This document shows, one piece after another, positions 12,117 through 26,513 of a stretch of DNA of 64,000 nucleotides; position 1 is the stretch's first letter; every line of letters starts with the position of its first letter. The DNA comes from Eledone cirrhosa. Its lineage: Eukaryota. The notes under the pieces were generated by a model that worked only from the letters and a program-made list of their open reading frames with translations, did no database searches and was not told the origin of the DNA. The stretch spans positions 22,709 to 86,708 of the forward strand of contig CAXHJY010000313.1 of the NCBI GenBank assembly GCA_964016885.1. Direction: 5' to 3'. Position numbers and translations under genes: made by a program.

Positions 12117-14797
12117 ATCATCATCATCATCATCACCGTTTTACGTCCGTTCTTCCACGCTAGCATGGGTTAGACGGGTTGTCCTGTTGTGGGCAGTGTC
12201 TGGTCGGCTGACCATGCCTTGCTCATACAGGAACTGATCTGGCTTGATTTCTACAGCTAGATGCCCTTCCTAACACCAACCTCATTTACAGTGAGTGCTG
12301 GGTGCTTTTTCGTGGCGCCTACACGTCCACTTTACAGTGTGGGCTGGGTGCTTTTTTGCCGTGGCCCCTCCACGGCCACCTTGCGGTGGGGGGGGGGGGC
12401 ATATTGTTTATATGCTTCAGCATGTACCCATGGGAGGTCGGGTACCCTGTATTACTGCGTGACGCCAGAAGTCACGGTCGTGTGTCATTGACTTTGAGAG
12501 GTGTAGTTGGGTAAGGTCGGCTTTTATCACCTCATCCCAAGTCATCTTGGGTCTCCCCACTCCGCGGTTTCCATCAACTTCTAGTGCTCTGCACCTTTTT
12601 ATGCAGCTGTCATCCTTCATACGCATCACATGTCCATACCAGCGTAACCGCCTCTCCTGCACGCAGCATTTGATTCCTCTTATGCTCAGTCTCTCTCTCA
12701 ATTCATTTATGCTTTGTCGTTCACGTATATTACTGTTACACATCCATCGGAGCATGCAGGCTTCGTTTCTCTCTAATCTACGTAAGTCTTCCACCTTCAG
12801 CGCCCAGGTCTCACTACCATGCAACATCGCTGTTCGGATACACGCATCATACAGTCTGATTTTCATTCTGAGGGAGAAGCCTTTTGCAGCTAGCAGTGGT
12901 AGTAGTTCCCTAAACTTCTTCCATCCCGTTCTTACCCTAGTTATTGTACTTTCTGAGCACCCACCTCCGTTGCTAATTCGGTCACCTAGGTAGCAGAAGC
13001 TGTCTACTGTTTCTACAGGGCCCTCCCAGAGATTGGTGGTACTTGTTTCCTGTGGCTGTTTGCTTGCTGTTTCAGCACAGCTGCTGCATGTGAATCCTAC
13101 ATTCTTAATTAAGCTTCCTGAGATCCCGCTACATCTCTTGTGTACCCATTGTTTGCATTTGGGGCAGAGAATGGAGTTCCTACCTACACCTTTCCTACAT
13201 ACTGAGCAAGGCCATTTCCCTGAGGGGATCTGGGTTCTGTTTTCTCGTCTACTTACAAGGACCTTAGTCTTTGTCATGTTGACTTTGAGGCCCTTTCTCT
13301 CTAGTCCCTGCTTCCAGGTTTGGAATTTATTCTCTAGTTCTACCATAGATTCAGCTATGAGTGCGAGGTCATCAGCATACAGGAGTTCCCATGGGCATCC
13401 GGTCTTAAACTCCTCCGTTATTGCCTGCAGGACTATGATGAACAGGAGAGGGCTAAGAACAGAGCCCTGGTGGACCCCAACCTGTACGCTAAATTCCTCG
13501 CTATACTCATTGCCAATCCTAACTTTGCTGACTGCTCCCCTATACATGGCTTGTACCGCTTTCACAAGCCATTCATCTACTCCTAGTTTTCTAAGAGCCC
13601 ACCAGATTACTGCACGTGGAACTCTGTCAAAGGCTTTCTCAAGGTCGACAAATGCCAAGTAGAGTGGCTTACTTTTAGCTAGGTACTTTTCCTGTAATTG
13701 CCTCACAAGGAAGAGGGCATCAGTGGTGCCTTTCCCTGGTACAAACCCAAATTGCATCACGTCTATATTCACCCGGTCCCTAATCAGCTGTGCTATAACT
13801 CTTTCTGTTACTTTCATGACCTGGTCCATCAACTTTATACCTCTATAGTTTCCTCTATCTAGTGCATCGCCTTTACCTTTGTAGCAGTTGACAATGATGC
13901 TACTGCACCAATCTTTTGGTATGGCCCCCTCTAGTATTACCTGGTTAACGATACGTGTGGTTATAGTGTGACCTACAGACCCAGATGCCTTCAGCATCTC
14001 GGCAGCTGTACCCGATGGACCGGTTGCCTTCCCTATCTTCATATCTCTGATTGCCTTACTTACTACGCTGCCGCTGACTTGTACTGCTGGTCCCTGTATA
14101 GGGTCTACGTGGGGTAGGGTCTCTTCTTCCCAAGCATTCTCCTCATTTAGTAATCTATCATAATGACTCTTCCATGCATCTTTCTTCTCAGCACTTGTGA
14201 GGGCAAGCTCACCTTTATCATTCCGGATACACTTCTCTCCAATGACATCACAACTATCTCTGACACACTGCCTCGCAATCTTGAATACCTCCTGTTTCTG
14301 GTCCTCACGTTGTAAAACATGCTTGAATTTTCTATCCTCTGCTTCCCTCCTAGCTAAGTATACTTGTCGCCTAGCTTCCCTCTTGGTCTCTATGTAATGT
14401 ACCCTGCTCCCCCCGTTCTTCCATTCTTTCCATGCCTGTCTCTTGGCCTTGACTGCTTCATCTACCTTATTGTTCCACCACCAAGTCACTCTCCTCCTGC
14501 TTGAGGTCTTACTCCAGCCACAAACCTCATCCGTCGCCTCTAGTAAGTTATTTTTTAGGAACTCCCAGTTCTCTTCTACGTTAAATGTCTCTATCTGTTC
14601 TTCTTTACTGTCGTAGGCGTTGAGTAAAATATCTTTAAATCTGTTACTGGTTGAGGGGACTTTCAGCTTCCAGATCTTTCTTCTCCAGGTTGGCCTCTGT
14701 TTCAGGGCTCGTCTAGTTCTGACCGTGAGGTCGCTGACAACTAAGCTATGTTGGGATGTACATTCCTCACTAGGGAAGGATTTTGTGTTTACGTTGG
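12114..14797 (-). mobile_element. RTE-A LINE, 5'-truncated at end of APE domain; RT ORF open (12417..~14790)
   Basis: [45 protein letters not shown] insert, [20 protein letters not shown]; (GAT)n tail. Confidence 0.95.
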
Positions 14798-14817
14798 GAT
14801 ATATATGTATATATGTG

Positions 14818-14884
<67 letters not shown>

Positions 14885-14962
14885 GTGTATATATATATAT
14901 ATATGTATATATGTATATATATATATAATGTATATATATATATATATATGTATATATATGTG

Positions 14963-14993
<31 letters not shown>

Positions 14994-14994
14994 G

Positions 14995-15047
<53 letters not shown>

Positions 15048-15048
15048 G

Positions 15049-15081
<33 letters not shown>

Positions 15082-15087
15082 GTATAT

Positions 15088-16037
15088 ATAACTTTGAATA
15101 ACTTTGAAATGTTTTGGCCAGTATTGGCCCAGGCCATGTCTAACTTAATAGCACCACCTGGCGAAGTCTTTCAATTCAGGATTTGGGCACCATGGCCCAT
15201 TCGAGAAGAGAATTACTGTTTGCGGAGACATATCCGGGTGTGGGTGGTTTGTCCGGGATTACTTGGAGGAATTTGTCCAAAGACTTCTTGAATTTTGTGT
15301 GGTCAGTTTCTGTTTTGACGTGTCCTGGTGTGATGTTGAAGAGAGCAGGGCCGATTGAGGTGAAATAATTGTGCCGTATTGTTGTTATGAGTTGCGATTT
15401 AGATTTTTGAATGGGATGGATAGCACGGGGCCCAAGCCTTGGGTGTATCTTGAAGGCGATGCCAACATCATTTGGGCAGTGATGATGGAACATTTTCCAC
15501 ATCATGCAGATAATATAACGCTCACGGCGACGTTGGAGTGAGTAAAGTTTCAGGTTTTCTAATCGACCCCAGTAGTCAAGGTCTGACATGCCATCTATCT
15601 TTTTCGTGATTGCCCTTTGAGGAGCTTCAAGTTTCATGATACTTTGTTTCGTGTGGGGAGACCACAGTGGACAACAGTATTCAAGGTGTGGTCGGGCAAA
15701 AGTAGAGAAGAGAAGGATAATGGTGTGGGAATCTCTCGACTGGAAGGTTCTGAGGATCCAGGAACACATTCTGCGGGCCATGTCAACTTTGCTGCTTATA
15801 TGCGTGGTCCAGCTTATGTTGCTGTCCACGGTTACTCCCAAGTCTCTGATGTTGTTAGATGCCACGAGAGTTTCCCCGGAGGGAAGGGAGTACGGGAGTT
15901 TCAGAGCATCCTCTTTTCCAAAGTGGATCAGTTCGACTTTGTCTTCGTTCAGTAACATGTTCTTTTCCGCCCATTGGGTAACAGCCAGTAGGTCTGACTG
16001 AAGGCTTATCCGGTCATCCACGCCATTGATGACCTTT
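15088..16037 (-). mobile_element. CR1/L2-group LINE family 2, 3' fragment
   Basis: ORF 15176..16021 has RDLGV, RPHLEYC..WSP, LQRRRERY, GPALFN, FKKSLD..PDKP, SNSL. Tail is TCAAAGTTAT x2. Confidence 0.88.
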
Positions 16038-17500
<1,463 letters not shown>

Positions 17501-20500
17501 ATTCATTCAATCTGAAAATATTGAAGAGATAAGACACTTTCCCATTCTTCTCTGCTAAAATGTATCACTAGAGTTGATTCCAATTTTTCCAGCCATCCAT
17601 CTAATCTACGAAGGTATTTTAGCCTACATATTGTTGTTAATATTATGATGTTCCCTGCTGTATTAGCGTTAAATTTTCCCTGCTGTATTAGCGATAAATT
17701 TTCGAGGGTTTCTCTTAGTAGTTTTACATGACGTTATTATTGTTAATTTTACTGACGTAGTATTAACTTGGATATTTACCATGCGGTATTCTAATCCTAT
17801 TGTATCTCTCTCAGTTATTTACCATGCGACCCTCAGTTCCTACCCCCCTCTCTATGCACTTCTTTAAGGCTTACTACCCTGTCTTTAACCTAATTCATTC
17901 AATCTGAAAATATTGAAGAGATAAGACACTTTCCCATTCTTCTCTGCTAAAATGTATCACTAGAGTTGATTCCAATTTTTCCAGCCATCCATCTAATCTA
18001 CGAAGGTATTTTAGCCTACATATTGTTGTTAATATTATGATGTTCCCTGCTGTATTAGCGTTAAATTTTCCCTGCTGTATTAGCGATAAATTTTCGAGGG
18101 TTTCTCTTAGTAGTTTTACATGACGTTATTATTGTTAATTTTACTGATGTAGTATTAACTTGGATATTTACCATGCGGTATTCTAATCCTATTGTATCTC
18201 TCTCAGTTATTTACCATGCGACCCTCAGTTCCTACCCCCCCTCTCTATGCACTTCTTTAAGGCTTACTACCCTGTCTTTAACCTAATTCATTCAATCTGA
18301 AAATATTGAAGAGATAAGACACTTTCCCATTCTTCTCTGCTAAAATGTATCACTAGAGTTGATTTCAATTTTTCCAGCCATCCATCTAATCTACGAAGGT
18401 ATTTTAGCCTACATATTGTTGTTAATATTATGATGTTCCCTGCTGTATTAGCGTTAAATTTTCCCTGCTGTATTAGCGATAAATTTTCGAGGGTTTCTCT
18501 TAGTAGTTTTTCATGACGTTATTATTGTTAATTTTACTGATGTAGTATTATCTTGGATATTTACCATGCGGTATTCTAATCCTATTGTATCTCTCTCAGT
18601 TATTTACCATGCGACCCTCAGTTCCTACCCCCCTCTCTATGCACTTCTTTAAGGCTTACTACCCTGTCTTTAACCTAATTCATTCAATCTGAAAATATTG
18701 AAGAGATAAGACACTTTCCCATTCTTCTCTGCTAAAATGTATCACTAGAGTTGATTCCAATTTTTCCAGCCATCCATCTAATCTACGAAGGTATTTTAGC
18801 CTACATATTGTTGTTAATATTATGATGTTCCCTGCTGTATTAGCGTTAAATTTTCCCTGCTGTATTAGTGATAAATTTTCGAGGGTTTCTCTTAGTAGTT
18901 TTTCATGACGTTATTATTGTTAATTTTACTGATGTAGTATTAACTTGGATATTTACCATGCGGTATTCTAATCCTATTGTATCTCTCTCAGTTATTTACC
19001 ATGCGACCCTCAGTTCCTACCCCCCCCCTCTCTATGCACTTCTTTAAGGCTTACTACCCTGTCTTTAACCTAATTCATTCAATCTGAAAATATTGAAGAG
19101 ATAAGACACTTTCCCATTCTTCTCTGCTAAAATGTATCACTAGAGTTGATTCCAATTTTTCCAGCCATCCATCTAATCTACGAAGGTATTTTAGCCTACA
19201 TATTGTTGTTAATATTATGATGTTCCCTGCTGTATTAGCGTTAAATTTTCCCTGCTGTATTAGCGATAAATTTTCGAGGGTTTCTCTTAGTAGTTTTTCA
19301 TGACATTATTATTGTTAATTTTACTGATGTAGTATTAACTTGGATATTTACCATGCGGTATTCTAATCCTATTGTATCTCTCTCAGTTATTTACCATGCG
19401 ACCCTCAGTTCCTACCCCCCTCTCTATGCACTTCTTTAAGGCTTACTACCCTGTCTTTAACCTAATTCATTCAATCTGAAAATATTGAAGAGATAAGGCA
19501 CTTTCCCATTCTTCTCTGCTAAAATGTATCACTAGAGTTGATTCCAATTTTTCCAGCCATCCATCTAATCTACGAAGGTATTTTAGCCTACATATTGTTG
19601 TTAATATTATGATGTTCCCTGCTGTATTAGCGTTAAATTTTCCCTGCTGTATTAGCGATAAATTTTCGAGGGTTTCTCTTAGTAGTTTTTCATGACGTTA
19701 TTATTGTTAATTTTACTGATGTAGTATTAACTTGGATATTTACCATGCGGTATTCTAATCCTATTGTATCTCTCTCAGTTATTTACCATGCGACCCTCAG
19801 TTCCTACCCCCCTCTCTATGCACTTCTTTAAGGCTTACTACCCTGTCTTTAACCTAATTCATTCAATCTGAAAATATTGAAGAGATAAGACACTTTCCCA
19901 TTCTTCTCTGCTAAAATGTATCACTAGAGTTGATTCCAATTTTTCCAGCCATCCATCTAATCTACGAAGGTATTTTAGCCTACATATTGTTGTTAATATT
20001 ATGATGTTCCCTGCTGTATTAGCGTTAAATTTTCTCTGCTGTATTAGCGATAAATTTTCGAGGGTTTCTCTTAGTAGTTTTTCATGACGTTATTATTGTT
20101 AATTTTACTGATGTAGTATTAACTTGGATATTTACCATGCGGTATTCTAATCCTATTGTATCTCTCTCAGTTATTTACCATGCGACCCTCAGTTCCTACC
20201 CCCCCTCTCTATGCACTTCTTTAAGGCTTACTACCCTGTCTTTAACCTAATTCATTCAATCTGAAAATATTGAAGAGATAAGACACTTTCCCATTCTTCT
20301 CCTCTAAAATGTATCACTAGAGTTGAATCCAATTTTTCCAGCCATCCATCTAATCTACGAAGGTATTTTAGCCTACATATTGTTGTTAATATTATGATGT
20401 TCCCTGCTGTATTAGCGTTAAATTTTCCCTGCTGTATTAGCGATAAATTTTCGAGGGTTTCTCTTAGTTTTTCATGACGTTATTATTGTTAATTTTACTG

Positions 20501-20588
20501 ATGTAGTATTATCTTGGATATTTACCATGCGGTATTCTAATCCTATTGTATCTCTCTGTTATTTACCATGCGACCCTCAGTTCCTACC
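17501..20588. repeat. Tandem array of 392-395 bp unit, about 7.9 copies
   Basis: ATTCATTCAATCTG starts at 17501, 17893, 18286, 18678, 19073, 19465, 19857 and 20250. Units differ mostly in poly-C length. Internal TTCCCTGCTGTATTAGCG and ATTTACCATGCG duplications. Confidence 0.97.
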
Positions 20589-23500
20589 TCACAATTCCCC
20601 CCCACCCCCCACACCACCATAGTCTATTCGACCAATCAAACCTAGCATGCCATTTCCACTGCTGCTGCTACTACCTGCCTAACTAACTCTCTCCTCCTCT
20701 GGCGCATCCCAACACACCCTGCCATTACCCCACCACCACTGTTCTTCTAGCCCTCATATTTCCCACCGTTATGGATGGATGAGCTGGGAATACACGAGCA
20801 ACTCTGAATCAATAGATGAAATATGAATCTGCGAGCTACCAAGCACCCACGTGAAGCGCCAACCCAGAGACGCTCCCCTACGAGTGTCGACAAATGCCCA
20901 AAACTCCGAGTTGGTACCATCAATGTAGGCTCAATGAAAGGAAGAGCAGGAGAAATCGTAGAAATGCTAGAGCGAAAGGAAGTTGATGTATGCTGTGTGC
21001 AAGAGACTAGATGGAGAGGAGGGTCTGCTAGAGTCCTTGTAGGAAAAAGTCAGTGCTACAAATTTTTCTGGGTGGGAAATGACGATGGGATGGGTGGTGT
21101 AGGTATACTATTAGCTGACAAGTGGGTAGATAAAGTAATCTCAGTGTACAGGGTAAATGCAAGAATCATTAAACTCAGACTAGTCCTGAATAAGACAATT
21201 ACCACAATAATATCAGCTTACGCACCCCAATCGGGGCTGCCAGACGAACTTAAGGATAGGTTTTACGAGTCCCTAATACACACTACTGCTCTAACAGACG
21301 ACAAGGACTTCCTAATCATTGCAGGAGATTTTAACGGACACGTAGGTAAACACTGCGACGGCTTCAATAGAGTACATGGAGGCCATGGAGTTGGCACAAG
21401 GAATGAGGAAGGATTCAGACTTCTAGAATTCTGCGACGCCAATGACATGTCGATATGTAACACAAACTTTAAAAAACCCGACAACCACCTGATCACCTAT
21501 AGATCAGGGGAGCATTCTAGTCAGTTAGATTTTATCCTCATCAGAGGACGTGACAGATGGACGGTCGTAAACACAAAAGCCTTCCCTAGTGAGGAATGTA
21601 CATCCCAACATAGCTTAGTTGTCAGTGACCTCACGGTCAGAACTAGACGAGCCCTGAAACAGAGGCCAACCTGGAGAAGAAAGATCTGGAAGCTGAAAGT
21701 CCCCTCAACCAGTAACAGATTTAAAGATATTTTACTCAACGCCTACGACAGTAAAGAAGAACAGATAGACATTTAACGTAGAAGAGAACTGGGAGTTCCT
21801 AAAAAATAACTTACTAGAGGCGACGGATGAGGTTTGTGGCTGGAGTAAGACCTCAAGCAGGAGGAGAGTGACTTGGTGGTGGAACAATAAGGTAGATGAA
21901 GCAATAAAGGCCAAGAGACAGGCATGGAAAGAATGGAAGAACGGGGGGAGCAGGGTACATTACATAGAGACCAAGAGGGAAGCTAGGCGACAACTATACT
22001 TAGCTAGGAGGGAAGCAGAGGATAGAAAATTCAAGCATGTTTTACAACATGAGGACCAGAAACAGGAGGTATTCAAGATTGCGAGGCAGTGTGTCAGAGA
22101 TAGTTGTGATGTCATTGGAGAGAAGTGTATCCGGAATGATAAAGGTGAGCTTGCCCTCACAAGTGCTGAGAAGAAAGATGCATGGAAGAGTCATTATGAT
22201 AGATTACTAAATGAGGAGAATGCATGGGAAGAAGAGACCCTACCCCACGTAGACCCTATAGAGGGACCAGCAGTACAAGTCAGCGGCAGCGTAGTAAGTA
22301 AGGCAATCAGAGATATGAAGATAGGGAAGGCAACCGGCCATCGGGTATAGCTGCCGAGATGCTGAAGGCATCTGGGTCTGTAGGTCACACTATAACCACA
22401 CGTATCGTTAACCAGGTAATACTAGAGGGGGCCATACCAAAAGATTGGTGCAGTAGCATCATTGTCAACTGCTACAAAGGTAAAGGCGATGCACTAGATA
22501 GAGGAAACTATAGAGGTATAAAGTTGATGGACCAGGTCATGAAAGTAACAGAAAGAGTTATAGCACAGCTGATTAGGGACCGGGTGAATATAGACGAGAT
22601 GCAATTTGGGTTTGTACCAGGGAAAGGCACCACTGATGCCCTCTTCCTTGTGAGGCAATTACAGGAAAAGTACCTAACTAAAAGTAAGCCACTCTACTTG
22701 GCATTTGTAAACCTTGAGAAAGCCTTTGACAGAGTTCCACGTGCAGTAATCTGGTGGGCTCTTAGAAAACTAGGAGTAGATGAATGGCTTGTGAAAGCGG
22801 TACAAGCCATGTATAGGGGAGCAGTCAGCAAAGTTAGGATTGGCAATGAGTATAGCGAGGAATTTAGCGTACAGGTTGGGGTCCACCAGGGCTCTGTTCT
22901 TAGCCCTCTCCTGTTCATCATAGTCCTGCAGGCAATAACGGAGGAGTTTAAGACCGGATGCCCATGGGAACTCCTGTATGCTGATGACCTCGCACTCATA
23001 GCTGAATCTATGGTAGAACTAGAGAATAAATTCCAAACCTGGAAGCAGGGACTAGAGAGAAAGGGCCTCAAAGTCAACATGACAAAGACTAAGGTCCTTG
23101 TAAGTAGACGAGAAAACAGAACCCAGATCCCCTCAGGGAAATGGCCTTGCTCAGTATGTAGGAAAGGTGTAGGTAGGAACTCCATTCTCTGCCCCAAATG
23201 CAAACAATGGGTACACAAGAGATGTAGCGGGATCTCAGGAAGCTTAATTAAGAATGTAGGATTCACATGCAGCAGCTGTGCTGAAACAGCAAGCAAACAG
23301 CCACAGGAAACAAGTACCACCAATCTCTGGGAGGGCCCTGTAGAAACAGTAGACAGCTTCTGCTACCTAGGTGACCGAATTAGCAACGGAGGTGGGTGCT
23401 CAGAAAGTACAATAACTAGGGTAAGAACGGGATGGAAGAAGTTTAGGGAACTACTACCACTGCTAGCTGCAAAAGGCTTCTCCCTCAGAATGAAAATCAG

Positions 23501-24231
23501 ACTGTATGATGCGTGTATCCGAACAGCGATGTTGCATGGTAGTGAGACCTGGGCGCTGAAGGTGGAAGACTTACGTAGATTAGAGAGAAACGAAGCCTGC
23601 ATGCTCCGATGGATGTGTAACAGTAATATACGTGAACGACAAAGCATAAAGGAATTGAGAGAGAGACTGAGCATAAGAGGAATCAAATGCTGCGTGCAGG
23701 AGAGGCGGTTACGCTGGTATGGACATGTGATGCGTATGAAGGATGACAGCTGCATAAAAAGGTGCAGAGCACTAGAAGTTGATGGAAACCGCGGAGTGGG
23801 GAGACCCAAGATGACTTGGGATGAGGTGATAAAAGCCGACCTTACCCAACTACACCTCTCAAAGTCTATGACACACGACCGTGACTTCTGGTGTCATGCA
23901 GTAATACAGGGTACCCGACCTCCCATGGGTACATGCTGAAGCATATAAACAATATGCCCCCCCACCGCAAGGTGGTCGTGGAGGTGCCATGGCAAAAAAG
24001 CACCCAGCCCACACTGTAAAGTGGACGTGTAGGCGCCACGAAAAAGCACCCAGCACTCACTGTAAATGAGGTTGGTGTTAGGAAGGGCATCCAGCTGTAG
24101 AAATCAGGCCAGATCAGTTCCTGTATGAGCAAGGCATGGTCAGCCGACCAGACACTGCCCACAACAGGACAACCCGTCTAACCCATGCTAGCGTGGAAGA
24201 ACGGATGTAAAACGGTGATGATGATGATGAT
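20589..24231 (+). mobile_element. Near full-length RTE-A LINE (APE + RT + PHD), inactivated
   Basis: APE motifs GTINV, VQETRW, SAYAPQ, GDFNGHVG, QLDFIL, SQH; RT motifs; 3' UTR and (GAT)n tail. Confidence 0.95.
20823..23939 (+). pseudogene. RTE-A polyprotein split by two frameshifts (~21770, ~22340) with catalytic D->N (FVNLEKAFD)
   Basis: ORFs 20823..21776, 21868..22350 and 22359..23939 join into one protein when compared with the open copy at 12417..14790. Confidence 0.92.
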
Positions 24232-24963
<732 letters not shown>

Positions 24964-26425
24964 ATCATCATCATCATCAACGTTTAACGTCCGTGTTCCA
25001 CGCTTGCATGGGTTTGGACGGGGGTAGTCCCACTTGAGGCAAGAGTGATTGTCCTGCTCGCATAGGACTGTCTGGCAGGTTTTCTACAGTTGGATGCCCT
25101 TCCTAACACCAACCACATTTACAGTGTGGGTCTGGGAGGTTTTTACCGTGTTGCCTGCGTGGACTGTGTGTTTTTTTGTCGTGACACCTACACGATCTCA
25201 TTTGTTTCGGCCTGGATGGCGCGGCACCAACATAACTTTACATAGAACGGGGTGGTGTGGATGGGGTAGGGGTGGTGGTGGTGGGACGGGGTGTATTTTG
25301 TTAGAGATGCCTACTGGCTGGAGTAGGTTTTACTATATATTTAGGTAAGGCGGGTCTTCTCTGTTACTGAGTACCGCCAAAGGTCTCGGTCCAGTGACAT
25401 TGTCTTAGAGAGGTGTAAGTGTGTGATGTCGGAGTTTATCAGCTCGTCCCTGGTTTTTCTAAGTCTGCCTATTCCGTGACTACCGTCTATCTTTATTGCC
25501 CTGCACTTTGTTATACAGCTATCGACTTTCATGCGCATCACGTGTCCATACCAACGTAGCCTTCTCTCGAGTAAACAGCATCTGATCCCTCTTATCTCTA
25601 ATTTTTTCCTTAGTTCGTTTATGCTTTGCCGTTCACGTATATTACTGTTACACATCCAGCGGAGCATGCAAGCTTCGTTCCTCTCTAGTCTGCGTATATC
25701 CTCTGCACACAATGCCCAGGTCTCACTGCCATGCAGCATTGCTGTTCGTATGCAGGCATCGTACAACCTGCCTTTCATTTTTAGGGAGAACCCTTTAGCA
25801 GCTAATAGTGGTATAAGCTCTCTGAACTTTTTCCAACCAGTTCTGACTCTAGCTACAGTACTTTCAGAGCACCCTCCCCCACTGCTGATTTTATCGCCCA
25901 GGTAACGGAAGCTGTCCACTATTTCTATAGAACCCTCTGCGCAATTGAAAGAGCTAGTATTTTGTGAGCACTTGCTGCTACTTATTGCACCAGAGCACCG
26001 CCCACATGTAAAATCTATGTTCTTAGTTAGCTTACCTGTGATCCCACTACATCTTTTATGCACCCATACTTTGCATTTGGGACATAAAATGGAGTTTCTA
26101 CCTACGCCTTTCCTACACACTGAGCATGGCCATTTCCCGGAAGGGACCGCCGCCTTATTTTCTTTCCTACAAACTAAAACTTTAGTCCTAGCCAGGTTAA
26201 TTTTAAGGCCTTTTGATTCTAGGCCGTGCTTCCAAGTTTGGAATTTCTTCTCTAGCTCGGCCATTGATTCAGCTATGAGTGTCAGGTCGTCTGCGTATAG
26301 GAGTTCCCATGGGCAACCGGTCTTGAACTCCTCTGTTATAGCCTGAAGGGCAATAATAAATAGTAGGGGGCTGAGAGCAGAGCCCAGATGGACGCCAACT
26401 TTTACGCTAAACTCTTCACTATATT
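24964..26425 (-). mobile_element. RTE-B LINE, 5'-truncated within RT
   Basis: ORF 25341..26264 ([19 protein letters not shown]), a stop codon near 26341, B-type 3' UTR and (GAT)n tail. Confidence 0.93.
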
Positions 26426-26513
26426 ATATATATGTATTTATATATGTATCTATGTATATATATATATGTATCTATGTATATATATATATGTATATATGTT
26501 TATATATGTATAT

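Noticed and set aside
13033-13662. Recurrent antisense ORFs over RTE RT regions
   Set aside because: Shadow ORFs of the RT reading frame, repeated only because the element is repeated.
17501-20588. Array as CRISPR or as a hammerhead satellite
   Set aside because: Whole 392-bp units repeat with no unique spacers, the context is eukaryotic, and I found no CUGANGA/GAAA pair with compatible stems on either strand.
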